Of a stretch of DNA of 64,000 nucleotides, positions 1 through 13,000 are shown piece by piece. Position 1 is the first letter of the stretch, and each line of letters opens with the position of its first letter. A program made the position numbers and the translations under genes. The notes below the pieces were generated by a model. The model made no database searches. It was given only the letters and a program-made list of their open reading frames with translations, and was not told the origin of the DNA. Source of the stretch: Dimorphilus gyrociliatus (taxonomy: Eukaryota; Animalia; Annelida); the NCBI GenBank assembly GCA_904063045.1, contig CAJFCJ010000025.1, forward strand, positions 558,001 through 622,000, in the 5' to 3' direction.

Positions 1-197
1 GATAAATATGTAAAAAAAAACCAAAGACTCACAAGATTAGGTCGTGAAAAAAGAGGAAAAAGAAAACACCGACTTTTAGATATTTAACATGCATATAATT
101 ATGAAAAGAGCTTTTGCTGTTAGATGAGAAGAAGGAATTAGGAGAAGTGTGAGAAAAAAGATGAAATCAAGTCCCGAGTTTGTACATGTATACAATA

Positions 198-205
<8 letters not shown>

Positions 206-260
<55 letters not shown>
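206..260. repeat. Compound microsatellite (TA)n-(GA)n
   Basis: Read directly; it produces the spurious 76..333 ORF. Confidence 0.95.
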
Positions 261-261
<1 letters not shown>

Positions 262-519
262 AAGAGAGAAAGGAAGAAATGAAAATATAACATTTATATA
301 AGAGATATATGATTTTAAATGATCAATTAACACCTTCTATGTCCTCTTTATAAGTATCAATTATTTAGACACCATGATTATGTTTATATACTATATATAA
401 TATACTAATATGTATTATAAAATGCATATCATAGATAGAAATACTGCAAACAGTCCTAAATACTTTTCTACTCATATTCACTTTTTTCTTTATCATTCTT
501 TCAATTCAATCTTCCCTTT

Positions 520-1883
520 TCATTTTTCAATATGTCTGGAGGTATAATGACGAGCAATCTGAGGTTCAGTTCCTGAAAAGTACAAGTACGAACATATAAA
601 ATTTACTTAAAGGAATCTCCCAAAGCTTATTAAATATTTATACTACTTTAAAGCTAAATTTATAGACTAATTCAATTTAAAAAATAGGTTTCATCAGCCA
701 AACTCTTCTCCGTTTACTTTATAAGATTTTGAGTGCGTTTTAGTTTTTTTTACAAGCTTACTTTATGCTGTCGTAGTGTACTATACATTTAAAATCTTCT
801 TAATCACTTGTATGTCAGTTTTTACTATAAGTATTCTCATATACAGAAGTATGAATATATACATATATACTGTATATATCTATATATATATATATTAAAA
901 TGTAACATCTTGTTATAAAAAAATAATATTCCTTACCCACAAAATACTTTTCTATAGCCTCAATTCCTTTCTTACACACTTCAATTGGTGGATGTTCAAG
1001 GGGATTATCATCAACGCAAACGGAGAATGTGTGAACATTACCCCATTGTAATTTCTTCAGTCTCGCAAAATGCCTTGGTAAACGTCTTAGACGATTATTA
1101 CCGACCCATAAATCTTCTAAATTAATGAGGTCGCATATAGAGTCCGGTAGGTGGCGCAGAATATTAACGTGTAATAAGAGATTTTGCAGGCTACGCATGC
1201 GAGAGATTCCTTCAGGAAGATCAGCTATGCGATTGTTGCATAGATCTAGGAATTCTAAATCTCTTAGATTGCACAGAGAATTCAGAAAGACATCTATATA
1301 ATTATTACAGGCATGTAGTGATTTTAGTCTCGATAGATTGCCTAGTCCTTCCGGTAACTTTTTTAAGTGGTTGTTACTGATTGATAGTTTTTCCAAATTA
1401 CTTAATAGGCCTATCTCTTCGGGGATTTCGCTGGAGGTAGTGAATATTAGATAACAATGTAGTTAAAGTATTTAGGGATTTATGCAGAGAGAAGGGGGGG
1501 GGGGCAGGGGGAGAGAGAAAGTTTATTTTGTTTGCATTCCTCTATATAATTTTTCATATCTTAAATTCGTCTTTTACTCATACCTTTAAATAATAAATAG
1601 AAAAGCGGCCTACTAGACAGGAAAATATAGGATGAAGATGCAAACGAAAACAGGGGAGAAAATTCTTTTATTCTCTATTACACAAGAGCAATTTTTAATA
1701 TTTCTATCACTGATATTCTAATAATTCTTATATACTTATTTAAGTATAAAAGAATAATAAATAAGAACTTTACACTCTAAATATAGCAACCAATTATTGA
1801 TTAGAATTTTTAAGTTAGTTTTCTTTGTTAATAACTAGCTTCCGCTAAGCTTTTCGTTTGTTCAAATAGAATTGATTATACAG

Positions 1884-1919
<36 letters not shown>

Positions 1920-3918
1920 TGATTGAAAAAAAGAGAGAAAAGCTAAAATAGAAAGAGAAGGATGGAAAGGTACGACAACGGAAATAAGAAATATCTAGCA
2001 GTTGCATACTTATTAAAATATATTCCATAATTCTTTATCTTACAGTAATATCAATAATTTTTCATGATATTCTACCATCTTTTTATCGCTCAACATATGT
2101 TTAAATATTGAATATTTTTTCAATAAATATCTGCATTTATCTCTTTCACCTTTTTATTTAGATTACTTGAACTTTCTATAAAATAGAATTGAAATATAAA
2201 TATATACATTATATTCCCCGTATACTGTATATGTAATATATACTGGGCCAAGTTTTGTACTTGGTGCAAATAATTAGTAAAAACTTAATTATCTATGTAA
2301 CAATATACAGATTGATGGATAGAATAAATTAGAGAGAAAAGATGATAGCGCTTGAAAAGTAGTAGAGATATATTGAAATATGTTAAACAAGAATATTATA
2401 AAAATTGATTAGATAAGGTAAAAAATTAGTGAAAAAACGATATTCAAGGAGGCTAGTGTTTCATTTACACAAACAAAAAAGGCTTCTAATTAATTCTTTG
2501 GACAAGATCTTTTTTAAATAGATTAATTAAATTAACGTTCTGCTACAACTAGAATGGGTCGTTTGTCTTTCTCTTCTCTTATTTTTAGAAATAATGCTTT
2601 ATGCTTGTGAGATATTTAAGTAATGGGGAAATGCTTCTTCTCTTACATAAATCTATCATCCCCCCTCTCATAACATTATCGTCAAATTATGTCTTAATTT
2701 TAGTTATCTGATATCCACCTCAATTCATTTGTATCTATTAAAAGAATCTTCAGATTGATCAGTTTTCCTATTGAGGATGAAATTTCTGGTAGACGATAAT
2801 AAATACAAGATTGCCTGTCTGGTGATAAATCCAAAACTTCCAATTCAACAATTCCATAGTGATCCTCGGAAAGAATATCTAAATCTTTTCCTCTAACTTT
2901 TAAAGACTTTAAACCTAAATGAATAAAAAAGATGAAGATAAGTACGCATAGTTTGAAAACAAATTATTTATCATACTCAGTAGTAATTTATAACTCTTCG
3001 TTTCAGTACCTTATCTGTGACTGTCTGTCTCAGTCTCTGTCTCTCACACACACACACACACACACACACAAATATACATACATACATAGTGATATAAACG
3101 TGCAACTGCTATAAAGCATAAAACTTTATCAATACATATATACTAATATATAATTTATATACATATATATTAATAAATCAAGTACTAAAGTAATTTAGCT
3201 TGTTTAAATAAAAGATTACGTGATAAATTAAAAAAAAAACACTCAAATGATAAAATGTACAGATAAATTACGTTTATTTTTTGTAATTAGACATTTAACA
3301 AACCAGATATTGCGCAATCTAAAATTATATATGTAAAAGAAATTATTCATTTAGCTAATAATCATTAAGAAAGAGAGACAGTGCTGACATCTGCCATAAA
3401 TAGTTACTTTTCTAAAATTATTAATACCGTATGTTACTAACTAAAAATATACAGTATATTCAATTTGTACCATATTTATTATACTATACATATAAATTGA
3501 AATATACTTTATATAGAACTAAACGAGAAATTGTAGAGATAGATTTCTCTTCTATCTTTCTCTATTCCGTTTTGTTAGTTTCCTCTAAATATCCAACTAT
3601 ACGAACACAAGAAGAAAATTCATGATAATTTCTTATATAAACATACAACATTTCTTGTCTCTCTTCCTTTTTTAGAGGGCTAATACTATTTATTTGCTAA
3701 ACTTTAAAGAGAAAAAAGGGAATGGAAGAGAGAGGGAGAGAGAGAGATAAAGATAGAAAGAAACATAAATTGATTTTTTTTAAATTTTAATGATATATGC
3801 ATAATCCTATAAACACAATATATTATATAAAAACTACTCTCTTACCGCCAAACTCTTTATCTTCACTGTCGACCCGTAATCTTAAATTTCTTAATCGAGC
3901 AGTTTCTTGTGAAGCCAT
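520..3918 (-). CDS. Leucine-rich-repeat protein, ~271 aa, 4 exons
   Basis: Exons 3918-3846 (MASQETARLRNLRLRVDSEDKEFG), 2914-2719, 1430-937 and 572-520, with GT-AG junctions in matching phases 1/2/1. Repeated LxxLxLxxNxL units and a C-terminal cap DNPLEHPPIEVCKKGIEAIEKYF. Confidence 0.85.
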
Positions 3919-4570
3919 TTTTTAAAAATGAATTTTAATAATCATAATATAAATCCGTAAACATAAAATTCAGTTCATGCCGTTGTCAAAGCACTGTGAA
4001 TTTTTTTTTATTTTTATTAAACATCAAACGTCAACAAGATTTTTATTTTTTTTGTCTCTCTCTCTCTCTCTCTCTCATTTCTACTCACTCTTCAATTGTG
4101 TTCTTTGATTGTGTCGTTGCTTAGATATAAGTTTTCATTGAAGATTCATATAAGATTGGTAGCGGTAGAAAAACAAAACGTTCAGATAGAAAGAGTAAGA
4201 AAAAGAAGGTGCTTGCGGGACGGTAGTATGAAGAAGTGGGAGGGATAAAAGTTAGAAGCAGTTGACACGGATGTTTATATACACTAGAGATTTTCTATTC
4301 AGCGTTGACAACTTTTACTTGACTGGTAAAAAGTTAGCGTTGCGTGAATATTATGCAAATTTTATTTAAAATTCTAGGCCTTCGAAATCAACAGGGAATT
4401 TATGGGCTTATAGTTTTGCGATAGGGATAATCCTTTTAATCTGAACGCTTTCGTCTGGAGGATTATCTTTATGTTTTCCATATGTCTGCCTACTAAAAAA
4501 AAAATAGAGAGAGAGAGGGGGGCTGAGCGGAGCGAGAGAGATTGAAGATGTAAAGTCAAGAATTATCCTA

Positions 4571-4584
4571 CCAATAGATGGCAG
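4571..4584 (+). promoter_or_regulatory. CTCF-like motif CCAATAGATGGCAG
   Basis: Matches the CCnnYAGRKGGCR core; ~650 bp upstream of the LRR gene ATG. Confidence 0.5.
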
Positions 4585-5672
4585 TTTAAGTCGGATATAA
4601 ACTTAGTTATTAATACAATATTGTTTTGTTGGAAATCGATAAAATAAAAACTGATTGTTGACTTGTAGTGTATTCTCTCATTAGAAAGAAAGCTTTGAGC
4701 TATGAGCTTTTCACCTTGTTTCTTTGCTAAATGAAAGGTGTACACTTATTAAAGTTTCCTTTACCCTTTAACTGTCCAAGTTAAAATAAATAATTGTAAT
4801 GTTTCTTTTCACACTTCTGTTTTACATTAGAAAGAAAGCATCACACAAGTTGCATAATAAACTCGTTTAGATAGCCTAAAGCCTACAATTTTTATGATGT
4901 ACACTGCTATTTACCTACAAAAATTATTGATTTATTTATCAACAAAGAAGTCGGCTTAACTGTCTACATAAATTATATAACTTTACACTTAAATACGTCT
5001 TTTTTCTTTCCCTTTTGTTTTAATTTTTTTAATAGCCTTAGCTAATTAGAGAGAGAAAGAACAAGAAGAGGAAAATTTACTTTCTATCCTTTATCCTTTA
5101 CTCGTTTCTCAAATATTTACGTAATTAAAAGATGTATTAAAGTGACATTCGAAAGAGTAAACGAGTGTAAACATAATCAAAGAAAACTAAGTAACAATTA
5201 GACTATGATGTATTCAAAATCATTCAAGAGTTTTTAACAAATGTAATAAACTATTTGTTATGACATAAAAAACTAAACAGAACTTATAAGGTGTAAACAA
5301 ATATCTCTATTTGGATCTAATCGAGTAGGTTAGTTACAGAAATAAAATACTAAATAATAATATAATGACAAGAATGTCAACGACAGTAATAACAACGACG
5401 AACGACGATAACGACAAAGACAATGACGATGGTGAAGTTTGTCGATAAATAGACAATATTAAATTCCCTTTTTCGTTGTCTTTACTTTTCTATCTCCATC
5501 TCTGCCTCATCTTATCTTATAAATTATTTATACAACAAACATACGTTATGAGTAACATATTCCATATATGAATTTATGTTCCTTAATGTATTAAACTAGA
5601 AAAATTGTGATAGGAAAGTAAATGTAGTCGTTGTTCTTTTTCCTTGCATTCATATTCAGTCACACGCAACGT

Positions 5673-5676
<4 letters not shown>

Positions 5677-5715
<39 letters not shown>

Positions 5716-5736
5716 ATATATACATGCACATATACA

Positions 5737-5770
<34 letters not shown>
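5677..5770. repeat. (AT)n and (CA)n microsatellites
   Basis: Read directly; source of the 5583 and 5631 artefact ORFs. Confidence 0.95.
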
Positions 5771-5771
<1 letters not shown>

Positions 5772-7024
5772 GTTCTCTTCTCTCTCTCTCCCTGTCTCTT
5801 CTTTTGTCTATCTTCTCTAGTTTTTCAAAACAATAATATTGCTTGTATAATAGAAACTCTAACTGAATTACTTATAAATTTATTTAAATAATTCAATAAT
5901 TGTAAAGAAATAAAAAGGAAAACTCTAAAATTGAAATGGAAAGTGTAAAGTTTACCTTTTAATAGCAAACAGTAAAATATTATCGTTCCTTAAGGAAGAG
6001 TTTATTATCTTTCATTTCCAATTATTAGCAAAAACGGTAGATTATGTTTTTCATATGAAGATACAATGTCCATAAACAAAGTCAACAAGTTCTATGCAAG
6101 ACCTATACATTATGTATACGATTTTTTTTCCTATTTCCAATTATTTATATAGTATAAAAAACCCTGTTTGCGATTAAAGGAACGAATGATATAGAAGAGA
6201 AGAGGAGAAAAGGAGAGAAGAGAAAAGAAAAGAGGACACGGTATTATCCTTAATAAATAATAATACATAGGTCAATTGATAAACTTTTAAGGATAGAGAT
6301 CAAGAAGTTGAAATTGTTTTTATTGTTACTATAAAGGAAGAGAAAAGAAAGAGAATTATGTTTTCTTCTATACATTTTATATATTATGTCGTAATAGAAT
6401 CGTTAGCGATTCAGTTACCTGGATAGAAGAATTTTAGTCTAGAAAATAAGCTATATAATATACATATATAAAGAAACGTACACGCAGACACACATACAAA
6501 CACACAGAGAGAAAATACCTGGCAAGGTATAATATGCATTTTTTTCTCTGTTTATCGTTTAAAATATACATTTAGTTGTACTAAAAATGACTATGTTATA
6601 AAGAAATCGTGTACTTAGGATATAAAAAAGCATGCAGAAAAGGAGAAGAATGATGCGATTAAAATATTAAAAATAAAAAGAAAAAGAATTACATTACTAC
6701 CGCCTATATAATTTTACTTTCTACTCTTAAATACAATAAAAACAAGTCATCTTTATGTCTATTCTTCTCCTTATTCTCACTCTTCTCTAAAATGAAATTG
6801 TAAATGATTCAGAGATGATAAAATTTAATACAGGCTTATCTATTCTTTAGACTGAAAAGATAGGTATATTGGATAGAATGATTTAGAGAATTGAATGATT
6901 CCCCTATTGATTCTGGCTGTAAAGATAATTAGAAAAGCTTTTGTCGGCTGTGAGAAGTAAGCAAACGATGACGAGAGAAAGTTTATCAGTATTTAAATAG
7001 ATACAATATTCACTCATAGTGAAC

Positions 7025-7038
7025 GTCACCATAGAAAC
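7025..7038. promoter_or_regulatory. RFX X-box-like motif GTCACCATAGAAAC
   Basis: Full match to GTHNYYATRRNAAC; ~630 bp upstream of the ATG at 7669. Confidence 0.45.
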
Positions 7039-7668
7039 GACTAGAAACGCCTCCAAATGAGCAGGTGACGCACATATCGACACTCCACATCGATAGTATA
7101 GAAATTCATGTTCGATGGACTAATATGTTTAATAAGACCAATTCCACTTTTTGGCATATCATTACGAGGATTACTTTTGAAACAAAACATGTCATTTAGA
7201 ATTTTGTTCTGAGTAGACGCCCATGTGACGTCATGAAAAAGAAGAGAACTCGATTAAAAAAGGCTGGTTAGTGATTTTTTTTCAATTTTTTCCCCTTTTC
7301 AAACTATATTTTCTATGCAAAAGCATTGAAAACATTATAGAAGAATCTCGTTGATTTAATGAAATTTATTGTAAAAATTGTCGATGTTTGTTGAGAAAGA
7401 TTATCGTAGCATGGGCAAATATGAACGTAAATAAACGACACCTAGTGTTAACATTAATTTTAACACTTTGTTTATTGTTCGGACAAAATCTAAATCGATA
7501 TCTTTCAATATCTTCATTTTTGACACGCTTCAATGAGTTTGGAGAATGCACGACAGGTCTAAAAAAATATATATAATATAGGCCTACTCTCAGTGGAAGT
7601 TCGCCAAATATGCTGGGAAAACTCTCGCATAAAATTTAGATAAGGTTTATAAAAATTCGAATGATAAA

Positions 7669-7962
7669 ATGAGTGCAAAAAAGCGCAGTCGATCGCCTTT
7701 ACGCGAAATGATTGGTAAGCTTACAGCTAATGATCCTGAGAAGGAGGAGAATATTCAACGCCATCTCGAGGACCGTCTAGAAGTCCTTGTCGATCTCAGA
7801 GTTGGTCAATTGGAAGAATTAGTTAAAAAGAATAAACATAAGTTAAGGGAAGATGTACTAGCAAGATTAGAGGATGAAATTGCTAGAAATTCAAGTAGAA
7901 GTTTATACGAAAGAGGTTTATCAAGGTTTGTTACATTTTTTTATATTATATAATATATACAG

Positions 7963-7994
<32 letters not shown>

Positions 7995-8364
7995 AACACT
8001 ATATGTCTTTTAATTGTACGATAATTACCCTATCGATTAAAGCTTACGCATTGGCGAGTAATAATAAACCAATCTATTTATTACGATATACCTTTTTTTA
8101 ACTTTTATTTCAACTTAAACAGTAAATCCTTACTGGGTTCAAAAAGCTCTTATTATACGTTTATTAGAGCATTTCTAATAAACTACAAAATATTTGAATG
8201 CAAAATGGAAAATCAGTGCAACGAACTATTTCTATTATTTTTATTTTCTGTCTTGTCTTCATAATAGTTTATGAATGATTTCTTTTATTCTCTGTCAATT
8301 AATTAAGAAAACACCTTTCTCTTTATAACCCTAGTCTATTGTTTTTTTTTTCTTTTGTCCTTTT

Positions 8365-8395
<31 letters not shown>

Positions 8396-9357
8396 TGTCT
8401 ACTAACCATCTATCCCATACTAAATATATATACATATATATGTATAGAATAGTAAAGATATAAAGAGAAGCAAGATTAGGAGAAGGAAACAAAAAAATAA
8501 TAAAAAAGTATTAAAGTGAACTATTAAAAAAGAGTAAGGAAAGAAAGAAGAGAAAAAGACAAATTCCCAGTTGTAAAAAGTTCCCTTCCTAAGTGTCTTT
8601 TTCCCTCTGTATCTGGTAAAGACTTTGTAAGCTTTTTAAGCACAATAAAAAAAGTATACGGTGTAATTGTTAAAAGAGACTTATACAGTACAATAAAAAT
8701 AAGGAGGGAGGATAAAAGGAGGATAGGATTAGTAAAAAAAAACATTTAGTCTAACTAACATTTGCCAACGGTATTGGCCTACGAAATGAATCCAAATTAA
8801 AAAAAAACTCTCTAATAGTCTAAAATTAACCTACTAAATAATTTATTGCATAAAATTACAGGTATTCATCCGCTCCTAGTTTATTGGAATCTACTGAAAT
8901 TAAGGTCAAGGATGACGACGAGAAACAAGTTGAACCCGTAGAGACAAAGAAGAGAAAAGCGTTCGAACATCAGTTAGTTACAGTTACACCGTATATATGT
9001 AAAGGCAAAAAAAATGGTGGAAAGAAGTATAAAGTTCAACTTGAGTTGGGTCACTTCACCGATGATATTCAGACAGAACTGAATGATAGAACTTTAGCTG
9101 TTCAAACTCGGAGTTCTATAGATCCAAATTTAACAACGCAAATTGATATCGAATTCCCTAGGTCCGTCTGCTTAGATCAACTGTTCATATCACCTCCAAA
9201 GGAGGGAAAGCTCTTTATAACGGCACCCATGCAGGAAATTCAGAGATTTACCGGTCCACTGCCATCGATCTTAACGCCAAATAAATCGCGATTAAAGGAT
9301 GTCTTGAATAAGCCAATAACACCTTTAATTTATCAATCTAGTAGAAAATGGTTTTGA
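7669..9357 (+). CDS. Divergent alpha-crystallin/HSP20-like domain protein, ~250 aa, 2 exons
   Basis: Exons 7669-7925 and 8862-9357 join in phase 2 (…GLSR|YSSAPS…). The C-terminal half KYKVQLELGHF…DRTLAV…IEFPRSV…EGKLFITAP follows the alpha-crystallin strand pattern. The N-terminus is helical and charged. Confidence 0.65.
8363..8394. repeat. (TTC)n trinucleotide repeat in intron
   Basis: Read directly. Confidence 0.95.
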
Positions 9358-10043
9358 ATAGTCATAGACTTGAAAATAAAATACAGAACAACAGCAACAA
9401 CAGCAAAAAGAGAAATTTTTCCTGCATATTTAGAAGACTTTTTCTTTTAAATTTAATTAATAAACTTAGAAATAGTAAAGATAATCATATTTGTCATTCT
9501 TTAGGAGTAAGAATTTATTGAAAATTTTTCATTTATATAGAGATTACGTAATAATAAATTCATATATTAAATATATAGTTTTCAACACTATTCAACTGTA
9601 TAAGTGTAAGGAAAGCTAGAATTAACAAAATAAAAGACAGAATTTACCCAATAACCAGTTCAATCAGAGCTTACAGTAAGTAAACCAGTAATTTATTTTT
9701 ATTATTATTATTCAAATATATTCCTTTTTTTTCTATTGTTAACCACAACGTAGGTTTAACGATGAAAAGATTAAAAAAGAATGAGAGAGAGAGAGAAAGA
9801 GACAGAGAGAGAGACAATAGAAGAGAAATAGAAAGGAAAGAACTTACATAGTTTATAACAATAATAATAATAATAATATATGGTGTTGTAATGTAAATAG
9901 ATATTGCGTAATCGAAAGAATCTTATATATAGGTTATATATTGACTTATATAGAACATATAAATATCTACTAAAACGAGATTCTTCCAAAAACTTGTACA
10001 GCTCTTTTTTGTCTTCTATTCTTTTTCTTCCCCTTTTTCCCAC

Positions 10044-13000
10044 ATGCCTAAATATAAATTTGGCCTATTCTTTGAGAAAAGGTGTATATTCCCTACAGAT
10101 CAGCTAGGTTGGAAGGAAATTGGTGATTGTTTATTTTTCTCTATAAAATGTTTTTTCCTCGGAATCTGGTGGATTTTATGTCTGCTGAGATTTCTAAATC
10201 CTTTTTTGTACAAAAAAAAATCAGTCTGGATTGAAGGAACGACACTGATATATAAGCCTAGTTTGAGTGAAAGAATATCAGAGTTTTTTAAGGGCGGTAA
10301 GTTTACCTAATCTTTTATATTTTCTTTCTTTCTTTTAAAGAATTTGACAGGAAGTCTAGTAAATGTCCCTCACTGTTGTGAGGTAATTGGCCCCTTTCTC
10401 CAACTACTTTTGAATTGCGTTATACAAAGTATTGAATAACATTGTAGGCCAATAAAGAAATAACTGTTTTATAAAGCCTTTAGTAAAGAGAAACTATGAG
10501 AAAAATGTATAGGGATACATAATAGCATATGAATATGAATAATAATTTATTACAAGTATATAAATAAGCTTTGGAAAGGGATATTTACTTTTGGGATTCA
10601 AAAGTTAGTTTATAGCCTAGCCTATATTTTTTGTTTAAAAAAAAAAGAAACCTATTAATACATTAATAGCTAAAAAACTTTCATTTTATTATACAATAAT
10701 TATTCTAGTCCTATAGAAAGAATATGTCTGTCTAAAGGACATAAAGCAATCTGATATGAATATAACTATCGAGTCATTAAACTATTTGTATTGTTTCGAT
10801 AGAAACTTCCACTTATAATTGGGAAAACAAGAATATATAGTTAAATTATTAAAGAGTAGAATAAAAGCTCGTTTCCCTCCCCCTTCTATCTGTATACTAC
10901 ATTATATAGGCTGATGTCGGCGTCCCAAATGTTTATTTTGTAATGCATAATATAGCGTATTATTTGTTATAGAGACAAGAAACAAACAAGAATTATTAGA
11001 ATGGATCCAATCGAGAATACCAAAGTTAGGAGTGTACGATCTTTCAACCTGCTTTTCGGATGGAATTTGTCTATGCGCTTTAATAGAATCCTGCAGACCA
11101 GGCTCTTGTCCTCGTTTCGACCTCTTGAAGCCAACTCAGCGCCGAAACAACTGCAGATTTTCCTTAAAACTTGCCAACAAGCACTTGGGGGTTCCTTTAA
11201 CGATTATTACGGCTGAGGAGATTGCAGAACAAAAGGATGAAATGTCAAAGAACAAACTGTATCATTTGCTTAAAGTTATTCGTTGGTCGGCTAAAAAACA
11301 AGTAAATAGCACACTGTTACGCCCATAAAGTAGAGAATACATCCTAATAACGTCCTATTTTTTAACAAATAGGTAGCTAGGCAACCAGTTGACCATTGGA
11401 AAAAATTGCAAAGGCAGTCTTCCATGTTAAGAATGGCTGAAGATTGCTTAATTAAAGGATCAGGTTTAGTTGCTGGTGTTGTGGGCAGAAAATCAAAATT
11501 TTCCTTACATCTACCGATCGTCGACCAATTTGACGTCACAATTGAAATTGCTGGACCAAATAATGAAAGTTGCGTGGAAAAATTATATAGTTTATACCCC
11601 AACCGGAAAATGTCTACAATATTCCAAAGGCATCCAGATGAAGTTGAATTGAGACCTAATCAAAGACTTATAGGTGCGTAAAACAGGCACAAAATAGAAT
11701 ATACATTATAAATTATAGCTATTAGATACAGTTACTTTCATTCTCCTTTTAAATATTTCAATATATCTTTAATAATTAATTTTTAAGGTAAAACTAGAAA
11801 TGGATTGAGAATTGTTAGAGAACGAACTTTGGACAGAGAAGCGTCTATTCAATTCGATTACGAATGCATTGATGAAGGTCATTTTATCATATCGTACATT
11901 CCTCTTAATAGTGGAGATCATGTTATTTCGGTTAAGTACGAAGGTCGTCATATTGGTAAAAGCCCTTATGTTGTTTCTATATCGGAAACTCTTGAAGAGC
12001 TTAACAAGCAAGGAAGAGCTAGGATAACTCAAGAAACTGGCATTTTCGAGAGCAGAACAATGATAGAAGAATCGTCAATAGAAAGCTCTGAAGCGGAAGT
12101 TACTCCCGTTACGAGAGCCCGCCCTCCATCTCTGCAGAGATCACTCACAAGCATTGGTAAGGTTCCATTAAGGAATCGAGTAATATGTAGACGAATTTTA
12201 CGAAAATTTATCACTGAAACTGGACAGGAAATATTAATTGAAGATGCTACGTCTACAAACCCCTGCACGCGGCAAGCTTCCGTAGAGAGCTACTCTTCAT
12301 GTCCACCTGTCCTAAGTAAACCACTAAAGCTAGAGAAGTTCCCAAAAATTGATTCTTTAAAATTAATTGCTGGCCACCTAGCTACAGTAATAGTCAAAGA
12401 ATCCGTGTTTGAAGCAAACAAACTCGTGTTAAAAAGTCAATGTCGCCGCCGTTCCAATAGTTTAGAATTAAAAGACATTTACGATGGTCTTTTAAATCCA
12501 AAGACTATGAAAGATAAAAAATTTATTAGCAGTCCTTTTAGCAGCGTTTCAGATATTCCATCATTCAGACCATTAAGCATTTATAGGAAACATCGTAGAT
12601 TATCCTCAAATCGTTCCCTTCCTCTTGAATTGTATAAAACTCCATTACCCAATGGTATAGAGCATCCTGATAGAAGGAATAAGACGCAAAAGAACGAAGG
12701 CCATCCAGTCTTTCTTAAAAATACTGATATCAATGTATCAGAGGAAAGTTCCCTTACAAGTTCAATATCCTCAAAAGCTGATTTCGAGACCAGCGATGAT
12801 AATTCAGAAATGAAAGATTGCTTTAGAGAATTAAAGATGGCATTGAAAAGAGCTGGTTTGTCTAGAAGACGAAGAAGTTCCAAAGGCTCATTAGTTCGAC
12901 AGGTTGTTTTACAAAGTATATAAAGTATATATAAGTAGATGAATGAAAATTTTAATATGTACAATACTATCTGTATATATTCTATACTCTATTTATTTGT

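Noticed and set aside
1144-1157. Excellent CTCF-like match CCGGTAGGTGGCGC
   Set aside because: It lies inside the LRR coding exon and is explainable by codons, so it was excluded from the motif count.
815-1396. ORF-track starts at TTG/GTG codons (e.g. 1396, 8884, 11032, 11805)
   Set aside because: They are internal exons of spliced genes; bacterial-style start calls do not apply here.
5365-5448. 27-codon Thr/Asp/Asn-rich small ORF
   Set aside because: It is a degenerate ACG/AAC/GAC trinucleotide tract with no splice or homology support.
76-5891. ORFs such as 76..333, 2932..3114, 5583..5771 and 5631..5891 (YIYIYI, HTHTHT, SLSLSL)
   Set aside because: These are translations of microsatellites with no coding signal.
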